A stretch of DNA of 61,962 nt, from positions 1 through 61,962 of the forward strand of contig JAOZGX010000114.1 of NCBI GenBank assembly GCA_026015185.1, given 5' to 3'. Positions 37,410-46,042 of this stretch are shown here, piece by piece. A model generated the notes under the pieces. It saw only the letters and a list, made by a program, of their open reading frames with translations, had not been told where the DNA came from and did not search any database. The first letter of the stretch is position 1; the number at the start of each line of letters is the position of its first letter. A program made the translations under genes and the position numbers. This DNA comes from Candidatus Bathyarchaeota archaeon. GTDB taxonomy: Archaea > Thermoproteota > Bathyarchaeia > 40CM-2-53-6 > RBG-13-38-9.

Positions 37410-38912
37410 ATGTTAAAACAGCTCATTCACAGTGGTATCATCTTACCAAAATATGAATTCAAGGGATTCAAAATAAGGTTTCGAGGGGACATCCTAAAGC
37501 TCACTCATGAGCAGGAAGAGATGGCAGTTGCATGGGTAAAAAAGTTAGGTACACCATATGTTGAAGATAGCAAATTTGTAAAAAATTTCTTTAAAGACTT
37601 TTGTAACGCATTGGCCATTGAACCAACAATCAATCCATCGGATTTTGATTTTTCCGAGATAGTAAAATGGGTCGAAGATGAAAAAGCTGCCAAAGAGATG
37701 ATGACTAAGGAAGAAAAGAAAAAATTGGCAGAAGAGCGCAAGAAAAAAAGAGAGAAAAACAAAGAAAAATACGGATATGCTATTGTGAATGGGAAGAAAG
37801 TTGAGGTTGCAGCTTACCAAGCTGAGCCTGCTGGAATATTTATGGGTAGAGGTAAACACCCTCTTCGAGGAAGTTGGAAACCTCCAGTAAAATATGAAGA
37901 TATAACTCTTAATCTATCCCCAGATGCGCCAAAACCTAAAGGGAATTGGAAGGAGATAGTTTGGCAATCTGAATTGATGTGGATTGCTAGATGGGATGAT
38001 CCTCTTAGAGGTGAGAAGAAGTATGTTTGGCTGGCGGATACAGCACCTATAAAACAAGAACGTGAAAAGGATAAATTTGATCATGCAAAAAAGCTCGGGA
38101 CGAGGATAGGAAAATTAAGATCCCATATTCAGGAAAATTTAGTAAGTGAAGATCCTAGAAGGCGAAAACTTGCAACTGTGTCTTATCTTATTGATGCCCT
38201 TAAGATTAGGGTAGGCGATGAAAAGGGGGATGATGAAGCTGATACAGTTGGTGCTACAACTTTAAGGGCCAAACATGTGAAATTTTTAGATAATGGTTCA
38301 GTTTTATTTGATTTCTTAGGAAAAGATAGTATACGTTTTAAAAAATCTATTAATCCTCCTCCTGAAGTACTTAATAATCTAAAAGAATTTGTTAAATCAA
38401 ATAACCAATCGATCTTCAATGGAGTGCGGTCAGACACAGTAAGTGAATTTCTATCAGAAGTTGTAGAAGATGTTTCATCTAAAGGTTTCAGAACTTACCA
38501 TGCAACAGAAGCTGTTAAGAAATACCTGTCACATGTAAAGGCATCCCAAGATATGCTTGAGTGGGAAAAAAAGGAAATTATAAGATTGGCAAATCTTCAA
38601 GCCGCTATTCTACTTAACCATAAAAAAGCTATTCCAAAGAATTTCAATAAAACACTGGAAAAAAGAATTGCTCGTTTAGGAGAACTCAAAAAGAAAAAAA
38701 TAACGCCAAAACGTAAAGAAACAATTAGAAAATCACAAAAAAGAATAGAAATAATAAAGAAAACAAAAGAATTCAACCTTAATACCTCACTCAAGAGCTA
38801 CATAGATCCTCGAATAATCTATCGTTGGTCTAAAAAGGTCGGATATAATTGGAGAGATTATTATCCTAAAAGTCTTGAGAGAAAGTTTGAATGGATAGAG
38901 AACACATCTTAA
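37410..38912 (+). CDS. Eukaryote-like DNA topoisomerase IB
   Basis: ADTVGATTLRAKHV, FDFLGKDSIRF and FRTYHAT core motifs. C-terminal TSLKSYIDPRI corresponds to the eukaryotic SKxNYLDPRI active-site Tyr. Confidence 0.9.
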   Translation: MLKQLIHSGIILPKYEFKGFKIRFRGDILKLTHEQEEMAVAWVKKLGTPYVEDSKFVKNFFKDFCNALAIEPTINPSDFDFSEIVKWVEDEKAAKEMMTKEEKKKLAEERKKKREKNKEKYGYAIVNGKKVEVAAYQAEPAGIFMGRGKHPLRGSWKPPVKYEDITLNLSPDAPKPKGNWKEIVWQSELMWIARWDDPLRGEKKYVWLADTAPIKQEREKDKFDHAKKLGTRIGKLRSHIQENLVSEDPRRRKLATVSYLIDALKIRVGDEKGDDEADTVGATTLRAKHVKFLDNGSVLFDFLGKDSIRFKKSINPPPEVLNNLKEFVKSNNQSIFNGVRSDTVSEFLSEVVEDVSSKGFRTYHATEAVKKYLSHVKASQDMLEWEKKEIIRLANLQAAILLNHKKAIPKNFNKTLEKRIARLGELKKKKITPKRKETIRKSQKRIEIIKKTKEFNLNTSLKSYIDPRIIYRWSKKVGYNWRDYYPKSLERKFEWIENTS

Positions 38913-39036
38913 TTATTATCATTAGGAAAAATGCGCATTAAAGCAGATTAACCTGTACCCGCTAGTCATAGACTTTTCATAATTTACAAAAATACTTTCG
39001 ATCATCTGTGTGTAAGTCATCATCATACTCCATTCC

Positions 39037-39044
39037 TTATATAA
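39037..39044 (+). promoter_or_regulatory. Candidate TATA box for the crenactin operon
   Basis: TTATATAA lies about 30 nt upstream of the first candidate start codon (GTG 39075). AGGTG at 39073-39077 could instead serve a GTG at 39087. Confidence 0.35.
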
Positions 39045-39074
39045 CGTTTGATAAAACACATGAGATCTCATTAG

Positions 39075-39251
39075 GTGAATCGTAAGGTGCTTGAGGGTAA
39101 AGCAAGATTTACTATTCCTAGTAAAGGTAGTAATACTGGTGTTGTCTACATCCCAGCAGACATTGTAAAAGATTCAAATTTTCCCTTTCAATCAAACGAG
39201 AAAGTGAAAATTAGAATTCATGGCAAAAGACTCATAATCAAGAGGGATTAA
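39075..39251 (+). CDS. AbrB/SpoVT-like (swapped-hairpin) small DNA-binding protein, not in the ORF track
   Basis: Hand-translated: VNRKVLEGKARFTIPSKGSNTGVVYIPADIVKDSNFPFQSNEKVKIRIHGKRLIIKRD*. The pattern resembles AbrB/MazE-type domains. Its stop TAA (39249-39251) overlaps the next ATG (39251), forming TAATG. Confidence 0.5.
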   Translation: MNRKVLEGKARFTIPSKGSNTGVVYIPADIVKDSNFPFQSNEKVKIRIHGKRLIIKRD

Positions 39252-39808
39252 TGATGAAATCCTCTGGTAAAATTAAAACCTCTATTTCAGGACATATGTC
39301 CTTCACATTCAATTCTAGTGAAAAAATCTATGGAAAATTTGAAGATATTTTTAATTTAATAAAAGAGAAAACTAATTTGCGTTGGGAAAAATCTGGATTT
39401 TACACTTTTTCTGGTGGAGTTATTTCACATTTACATTGTAACAAAATGGAAAACGGAAATTCTAAAGCATCTCTTAGATTTCTAAAAGCAAAACCATATT
39501 TTCTAGATAATTTAACCTGCGCTATTCAACAAAGAGCTACTGATAATACCATATCGTGCAGTATAAAAGGAAATTTAGATTTTGAAAAAATAAAATCATA
39601 TTTACAAAACGAAAGCGATTGGTTTGCTGAATCCGATGTAAATTTTGTTGCCACTCAGAATTCAAACAAACATAAAGTTGAGATCACGGCATATCCAAAA
39701 ATATCTATTTTGAATCTAATGTTTGAATTTAAAGATAAAGTATGTAATTCGAATTTACCAAGTGAAATTATTAGAAATATCTGTAAAATTGGAGGAGGAA
39801 AAATATGA
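39251..39808 (+). CDS. Hypothetical protein, first accessory gene of the crenactin operon
   Basis: 185 aa, no motif recognised. ATGA overlap with the crenactin start at 39805-39808. Confidence 0.5.
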   Translation: MMKSSGKIKTSISGHMSFTFNSSEKIYGKFEDIFNLIKEKTNLRWEKSGFYTFSGGVISHLHCNKMENGNSKASLRFLKAKPYFLDNLTCAIQQRATDNTISCSIKGNLDFEKIKSYLQNESDWFAESDVNFVATQNSNKHKVEITAYPKISILNLMFEFKDKVCNSNLPSEIIRNICKIGGGKI

Positions 39809-41076
39809 ACCAAGATTACAAACAGAAATACACATTTGGAGCAGATTATGGAACTAGTTACTTCAAATATGGATCAATTATCTGTGGCGAAGAACCTAAG
39901 ATCGTAGAAAATAGAGGATATTTCTCAAACAATGAAAGTATTATGCATAAAGCATTTGGTGAAACAAAAGATATCATAGTTGGCGAAGAAGTTCCATTAT
40001 ATCTTCAGGGTAAGGATGATTTAACTACAAATCTAATTTATCCCATGAAAAATGGAATAATTGAGAAAAAGGATGAGAAAGCATGGAAAGTAGTTAATAC
40101 AATCAGCTTACATGCTCTATCTGCTTTTAAACCTGCTGATACCGAATTTCAAGGATTTTATACAGTCGCTTCGCTATCCTCAATTGCACCAAAGTATATG
40201 TATGAAAAACTTTTCCAAACTTATCAAGAAATAAATAACAAAGAGAGATTAATCAAAGCGATAACCATCATACCACAACCTCTGGCCGTTGCTATTGCAC
40301 ATAAAGTTACAACCTGCACAGTTATCGAAAGCGGGCATGGCAACACACAAGTATGCCCAATCTCTCACTATCCAATTAGAAGTGCAATAGTCGCAATAAA
40401 TAGGGGCGGAGGAGATGCCAACTCCATTACTGCAGAAATTTTAAAAGACATCGGTTATTCAGATTTGGCTAGAGAAGAAGCTTTTATCATTAAAGCAAAA
40501 GAGCAATTGGGCCTTATACCCATCGACTTAGATAAATCAATTACCTTAGCCAAAAAAAATCCAAGAAAATTTAAGGCCAAAATCAAAATACCTGGAACAA
40601 GAATAGAAATCGATTTAGAAAATAATGCATGGACAAGATTCCTTATTGGAGAATATGTTTTTAATCCTAACGATGAGATTTTCGAAAGCTATTTTAGAAG
40701 AGGTTTGCCAAAACCTAAAGACGTAAGAATAGGCGATCTTACTTTTCGAGGAATGTTAGATTTCGGAGAAGCTATTGTAGAGTCCGTTGAAAGATGCCCG
40801 GTTGAATTGCAGCCACACTTGTATAGACAAATCCTGCTTTCAGGGGGTAATTTCTGTTGGAGAAACTCACAAGAGGAAATGCCCGGAATTGTTGTTGATG
40901 CTCCTAGAAAGATAAAGCTATTACTTAGAAAAAAAGGCATAACAAATGTCAAAGTAAACATGACCAACTCCCCTCAATTCTCTGTTTGGCGGGGCTGTAC
41001 GATATATGGATACGCTGTTCCTGAAAATTATTCTTGGAATTGGGACCAATTAGAAGGTTGGCTTTCTGTTGGTTAA
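39805..41076 (+). CDS. Crenactin-type archaeal actin
   Basis: Actin-fold motifs with actin spacing: phosphate-1 GADYGTSYFKYG, phosphate-2 VIESGHGNTQVCP, adenosine LLSGGNFCWRN, C-terminal PQFSVWRGCTIYGYA (compare actin YSVWIGGSILA). PQPLAVAIA and NRGGGDANSIT..ILKDIGYSDLAREE match crenactin as I remember it. Confidence 0.85.
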   Translation: MNQDYKQKYTFGADYGTSYFKYGSIICGEEPKIVENRGYFSNNESIMHKAFGETKDIIVGEEVPLYLQGKDDLTTNLIYPMKNGIIEKKDEKAWKVVNTISLHALSAFKPADTEFQGFYTVASLSSIAPKYMYEKLFQTYQEINNKERLIKAITIIPQPLAVAIAHKVTTCTVIESGHGNTQVCPISHYPIRSAIVAINRGGGDANSITAEILKDIGYSDLAREEAFIIKAKEQLGLIPIDLDKSITLAKKNPRKFKAKIKIPGTRIEIDLENNAWTRFLIGEYVFNPNDEIFESYFRRGLPKPKDVRIGDLTFRGMLDFGEAIVESVERCPVELQPHLYRQILLSGGNFCWRNSQEEMPGIVVDAPRKIKLLLRKKGITNVKVNMTNSPQFSVWRGCTIYGYAVPENYSWNWDQLEGWLSVG

Positions 41077-41707
41077 TCCGATTACAACACAATTCATAGA
41101 ATATTTTCAATCTAAAGGAATGAAACTAGTAGAGAAAACGAAATCAGAGAATGAAGAAGACAAAAATACACCGGATTTGATTATGTCTGATAATACAAAC
41201 AGAATATACTTGAAAATAATTCAAAGGGAATCATTAAACGAGCGGAATGAATTATTAAGTTCAATTATGAAATCTGTCAGTTATTTATTTGAAGCAAACA
41301 TAGTATATTTAGCATTGCCAAAATTATATGCTTCAATTCTTGACGGAAAGGTTTTTCGTGAAAATGGTCTAGGATTATTAATTTATGATGACAAAGGGGC
41401 TTTAGAGGAAGTTATCCGACCAAAAATATTTCCAAATAAGCAAATGAGCACGTCGAGTTCTAGTACCATTCCAATCAAGCTGATGGATGAGATTAATTCT
41501 CTCAAAGATAGCTTACATTCTCTTGAAATTGAGGTCAACATGTTAAAAGATCTGGTGAATAATCTTAAGAACAATCAAAAAAGCATTGAGATAGAGCCAC
41601 AAATTAAAAAGGTCAAAGTAGAACAAAAAGTAAACTCAACTGATTTCCCAGAATTTATGAGAGACAATCCATGGGTCGAAATTCTATCAAGAAGAGGAAG
41701 GGGGTAA
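41069..41707 (+). CDS. Coiled-coil protein with conserved-looking C-terminal tail (arcadin-2 position)
   Basis: TTG start overlaps the crenactin end by 8 nt. N-terminal globular part, central heptad region (INSLKDSLHSLEIEVNMLKDLVNNLKNN), tail DFPEFMRDNPWVEILSRRGRG. Confidence 0.5.
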   Translation: MVNPITTQFIEYFQSKGMKLVEKTKSENEEDKNTPDLIMSDNTNRIYLKIIQRESLNERNELLSSIMKSVSYLFEANIVYLALPKLYASILDGKVFRENGLGLLIYDDKGALEEVIRPKIFPNKQMSTSSSSTIPIKLMDEINSLKDSLHSLEIEVNMLKDLVNNLKNNQKSIEIEPQIKKVKVEQKVNSTDFPEFMRDNPWVEILSRRGRG

Positions 41708-41998
41708 GTGAATATCTTGTCTATTAATGTAGAGAATGTGAATCGCGTTTCAATAAGACCTTTAAAAATAGTTTTAGATTTATCCGATCCATTTGGACTT
41801 GAATTACCACTTGAGGATTTTATTAAAATTCGTAAAAAGATACCTGAACCACCTGAGTATAAAATCGTTGGAGTAGAGGTTGTAACTTGTTCTGAGGATA
41901 GTCAACCGGTACTAGTTACTGAGTGTGGACAATGTGCAAGATTTATTCGAAGATTTAATGGACAAATCTTCTGTAAGAAATTCTTACCTATAGAATGA
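41708..41998 (+). CDS. Small Cys-containing protein, last gene of the crenactin operon
   Basis: GTG start lies directly after the preceding stop. 96 aa. C...C..C...C spacing in the C-terminal half. Confidence 0.45.
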   Translation: MNILSINVENVNRVSIRPLKIVLDLSDPFGLELPLEDFIKIRKKIPEPPEYKIVGVEVVTCSEDSQPVLVTECGQCARFIRRFNGQIFCKKFLPIE

Positions 41999-42081
41999 AT
42001 GATTAGGCAATCTTTTTTTCTTTAATTCGTTAGAAACAATAAATAATCAAAACTAGAACAGATTATAATTTGGGAAAATGA

Positions 42082-43092
42082 ATGAAAGAAGCTTTGTTTT
42101 ATAAACATAATGACAATAAATCTGTCACTTGTTTTTTATGCCCTCATAGATGTACGATCCCAGAATCTAAAAGAGGAATATGTAAGGTTCGTGAAAATAG
42201 AGATGGAAAGCTTTACTCTTTAGTCTATGGGAAACTTATCTCTGAAGCTATTGATCCAATTGAAAAAAAACCTCTTTACCATTTCTACCCCGCCTCTCTC
42301 TCATACTCAATAGCAACAGTTGGCTGTAATTTAAGATGTTTTAATTGTCAGAATTACGAAATCTCACAAATGCCAAAAAATAAGGATTTAATTTATGGAG
42401 AACAGACAAAACCGGAAGATGTTATTTCGTCTGCAAAAAAGTATGATTGTTTAAGTATATCTTATACATATACTGAACCAACAATTTTCTTCGAATATGC
42501 ATTTGACACTTCCATAATTGCTCATGAGAAAAATATCAAAAATGTTTTTGTAACTAATGGATACATTACCGAAGAAGCATTAGTTAAAATAAGCCCATTT
42601 TTGGATGGTGTTAATATAGATCTAAAATCGATGTCAGATAAGTTTTACAGAGAAATTTGTGGAGCCGAACTACAACATGTTCTTGATTCAATAAAACTGT
42701 ATAAACGATTAGGTATATGGATTGAAATAACGACATTAATCATTCCCTCTAAGAATGATTCAGAAAAAGAACTTAATGAAATTGCGGACTTCATAAGTGA
42801 TATAGGAAAGGAAATACCTTGGCATGTATCGCAATTTTATCCTACATATAAAATGAATGATCTGCCAAGAACGCCCACCACGACTCTGAAAAAAGCTAGA
42901 ACTATTGGATATGATGCAGGTCTAAAATATGTTTACACTGGAAATATTCCAGGTGATGAGGGCGAAAGTACGTATTGTTATAATTGTGGAGAAATTTTAA
43001 TCAAACGATATGGCTTTCAATTAGCAACTATTAAAATAAAAAATGGAAAATGTTTTCGATGCAATACAAAAATTGATGGTGTTGGGCTATGA
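42082..43092 (+). CDS. AmmeMemoRadiSam-system radical SAM enzyme
   Basis: N-terminal CxxCxxxC cluster, CNLRCFNCQNYEIS radical-SAM motif, C-terminal CYNCG...CFRC. Confidence 0.8.
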   Translation: MKEALFYKHNDNKSVTCFLCPHRCTIPESKRGICKVRENRDGKLYSLVYGKLISEAIDPIEKKPLYHFYPASLSYSIATVGCNLRCFNCQNYEISQMPKNKDLIYGEQTKPEDVISSAKKYDCLSISYTYTEPTIFFEYAFDTSIIAHEKNIKNVFVTNGYITEEALVKISPFLDGVNIDLKSMSDKFYREICGAELQHVLDSIKLYKRLGIWIEITTLIIPSKNDSEKELNEIADFISDIGKEIPWHVSQFYPTYKMNDLPRTPTTTLKKARTIGYDAGLKYVYTGNIPGDEGESTYCYNCGEILIKRYGFQLATIKIKNGKCFRCNTKIDGVGL

Positions 43093-43119
43093 AATTTCTA
43101 TATCTAGTACCTAACTAAA

Positions 43120-43395
43120 TTACTTCTCTAAAATTTCACTTTGTACTTTCTTACTAAATTGTGTAATCTCCCTAAATATGGATTCGATTTGATCGGAATC
43201 CAACTCATGTTCTAATGCAAATTCTTTAACATTATTGTATACTTTTTTCTCTCTTCTTTTGTCAACTACAGGTATATCATATTGTTTTTTTATTAATCCT
43301 ATCTCCTTTACGATCTCTGTCCTCCTCATCAATAGCTGTAGGATCTCTATATCGATTTCATCCAAGTCAGATCTTAACTTCTCAATCTCTTCCAT
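43120..43395 (-). CDS. Chorismate mutase (AroQ class)
   Basis: LR..LDEID.EIL.LL.RR.E.V.EIG..K, 91 aa. Confidence 0.75.
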   Translation of the reverse strand: MEEIEKLRSDLDEIDIEILQLLMRRTEIVKEIGLIKKQYDIPVVDKRREKKVYNNVKEFALEHELDSDQIESIFREITQFSKKVQSEILEK

Positions 43396-43426
43396 TTTTA
43401 ACTCTCCATTGAATTTTAGAAGAATT

Positions 43427-43442
43427 TAGCGCGCGCGCGCTA
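43427..43442. repeat. Perfect 16-bp palindrome TAGCGCGCGCGCGCTA
   Basis: Alternating CG tract in AT-rich divergent intergenic DNA, followed by the AAGTTAACTT palindrome at 43452-43461. Confidence 0.9.
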
Positions 43443-43583
43443 TATACATTCAAGTTAACTTGAAGCTATTGTAGTATAATGCTATATTTGAAATACCTAA
43501 TAAAAGTAAAAAATTTGAGTTATTGATTGACATAATTATTGATAGAAGAAAAAGGGTGAATAAATATTTCGGAGTACGCTTGA

Positions 43584-44861
43584 ATGAAATTGGTTGTCGA
43601 GAATATTAAAGAGATCACAGGAGAGACTAATTTACCGAGTTCAAAGTCGCATACGATTCGTGGGTTTATTTTTGCTTCTTTAGCAGAAGGTGAGTCTACA
43701 TTAAAAAATACATTAGAGTCCGAAGATACAAAGGCAGCTCTCAACGCATGTAGATCATTAGGAGCGGAAATTATCAAAATAGGTGAAGGAGAATACAAAA
43801 TCATAGGTTTTAATGGGCGCCCTAATGTTAAAAATGCTAAAATTAATACGCTTAATTCAGGGACTACAACAAATCTGATTTCTTCGGTTGCAGCTTTGGC
43901 AAATAGAAAAATCATTATCGACGGTGACGATTCAATAAGAAAAAGATCCATTCAACCCCTTTTAGTAGCATTAAAAAATCTAGGAGCAGAAGTTCGATCC
44001 ATCAATAAAAACGGATGTCCTCCAATAGAAATAAAGGGTAAACTGATTGGTGGTAAAACAATTTTAGATTGTAAAAGTTCACAATACCTATCCAGCCTTC
44101 TAATAACTTGTCCTCTATTAGATCAGAATACAGAGATCGAGATCCTTAATGTTTGTGAAACCCCCTATATTGAAATGACTCTTAGATGGTTAGATGAATT
44201 AGGCATAAATTATGAGAAAAAAGATTATGAGAATATCCTAATTTATGGGAATCAAAAATATTCTGCCTTCCAAAAAACCATGCCATCCGATTGGAGTTCT
44301 GCGACATTCTTACTTGTAGCCGCTGCAATGATTGGGAAACAAGTAGTTATAAAAGGACTTGATATGAATGACACTCAAGCTGATAAATTAGTATTGAATT
44401 ACCTCAAAGAAATGGGAGCGAAAATCAAAATAAACGGACAGAAAATAACAGTCAATAAATCTCAATTACGTGGGTGTAAACTTGATCTCAATAACACTCC
44501 GGATGCTCTTCCTTCTATCGCTATTTTAGGATGTTTTGCAGAAGGGAAAACAGTCATAAAGAACGTTGCACATGCTAGGATAAAAGAGACAGATCGGATA
44601 AAAGCAATGACTATGGAATTGTCAAAGATGGGCGCTGAAGTATATGAAACTGATGATGGAATGATTCTTGAGCAAAGTGAATTGAAGGGGACAAAATTAA
44701 ATGGTTATAATGATCATCGTATTGTTATGGCTTTAAGTCTTGCAGGTCTTATCGCTAAAGGGAAAACAGAGATTAATACAGCTGAAGCTATAAAGGTGAC
44801 ATTTCCTAATTATATTGAAGTGATGAATTATTTAGGCGCTAATATGAGAATGGAGGTCTAA
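43584..44861 (+). CDS. aroA: 3-phosphoshikimate 1-carboxyvinyltransferase (EPSP synthase)
   Basis: LPSSKSHTIR, NSGTT, DDSIRKR and KETDR motifs. Confidence 0.9.
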   Translation: MKLVVENIKEITGETNLPSSKSHTIRGFIFASLAEGESTLKNTLESEDTKAALNACRSLGAEIIKIGEGEYKIIGFNGRPNVKNAKINTLNSGTTTNLISSVAALANRKIIIDGDDSIRKRSIQPLLVALKNLGAEVRSINKNGCPPIEIKGKLIGGKTILDCKSSQYLSSLLITCPLLDQNTEIEILNVCETPYIEMTLRWLDELGINYEKKDYENILIYGNQKYSAFQKTMPSDWSSATFLLVAAAMIGKQVVIKGLDMNDTQADKLVLNYLKEMGAKIKINGQKITVNKSQLRGCKLDLNNTPDALPSIAILGCFAEGKTVIKNVAHARIKETDRIKAMTMELSKMGAEVYETDDGMILEQSELKGTKLNGYNDHRIVMALSLAGLIAKGKTEINTAEAIKVTFPNYIEVMNYLGANMRMEV

Positions 44862-44865
44862 TTTC

Positions 44866-46017
44866 ATGTTAGGAAATACATTTGGTAGATTTTTTAGGAT
44901 AACAACAGTTGGTGAATCCTACGGTATAGGAAAAGGAAGTGGTTTAGCAGTAATTGTTGATGGCGTTCCACCTGGACTAAAAATTACTAATGAAATGATT
45001 CAGAAAGAATTAGACAAGAGAAGACCTGGAGTAGGCAAGCTCAATTCTCCAAGAAAAGAGCCCGATCAGGTGCATATATTTGCAGGAATTGGGCCTGATG
45101 AGGTAACAACTGGCGTCCCTATGGGAATGATTGTATATAATGTCGACACAAAAAAGGAACATATAAAGCAATACTATGATTATAAGGACCTAATCAGACC
45201 AGGGCATGCAGAATACACTTTCTTTTTAAAATATGGAGAATATGCTGATTGGTGCGGTGCAGGTAGAGCCTCTGGAAGGGAGACCGTTGGAAGAGTGGCT
45301 GCTGGAGCGATAGCAAAGATCCTTCTTGCACGAGAAAACATCGAGATAGTTGCTTATACCAAAGAATGTATGGGAATTAGAGCTAAGGACATGAGCTTTG
45401 AAGATATAAAAAGAAACTATCGAAAGAATGAGATAAATTGCCCTGATCAAGAAGCCGCTAAAAAGATGATAGAAAGAGTAATTGAAGTGAAAAAAGAAGG
45501 AGATACTGCTGGAGGCATTATAGAATTAGTAATCCATAACATTCCAGCTGGCTTAGGTGAACCTGTATTTGATAAATTCCATGCGATGCTATCGCATGCT
45601 ATAATGAGTATAGGCGCTGTTAAAGGCATAGAACTCGGTGCTGGATTTAATTGTGGTAATATGAAAGGATCTGAATTTAATGATCATCCTTATCTCAAGG
45701 ATGGAAAAGTTAGATTCAAAACTAACAACTCAGGTGGCGTGTTAGGAGGAATTACGACTGGTGAGGATATTATTGCTCGTATAGCTGTAAAACCCACACC
45801 AACAGTTTCAGTTGAGCAACCCTCCATTAACATGAAAACAATGAAAGAAGAAAAATTAAGCCCAATCACCAGAAGAGATGCTACGTTAGTTGGTAGAATA
45901 TATGCTGTAATAGAAGCTATGTCTGCGATTGTTACTGTCGACGCATTATATATGGATCGTGCTTGGGAAGGTATGGCTAAGTTAGACAAAAAGTGGATTG
46001 AATTAAAAAGAAAATAG
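44866..46017 (+). CDS. aroC: Chorismate synthase
   Basis: FRITT.GESYG, RRPG, RPGHA, GRASGRET and GGISNG-like GGVLGG motifs. Confidence 0.9.
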   Translation: MLGNTFGRFFRITTVGESYGIGKGSGLAVIVDGVPPGLKITNEMIQKELDKRRPGVGKLNSPRKEPDQVHIFAGIGPDEVTTGVPMGMIVYNVDTKKEHIKQYYDYKDLIRPGHAEYTFFLKYGEYADWCGAGRASGRETVGRVAAGAIAKILLARENIEIVAYTKECMGIRAKDMSFEDIKRNYRKNEINCPDQEAAKKMIERVIEVKKEGDTAGGIIELVIHNIPAGLGEPVFDKFHAMLSHAIMSIGAVKGIELGAGFNCGNMKGSEFNDHPYLKDGKVRFKTNNSGGVLGGITTGEDIIARIAVKPTPTVSVEQPSINMKTMKEEKLSPITRRDATLVGRIYAVIEAMSAIVTVDALYMDRAWEGMAKLDKKWIELKRK

Positions 46018-46042
46018 ATATGAAATCTCAAACAGCATATTA

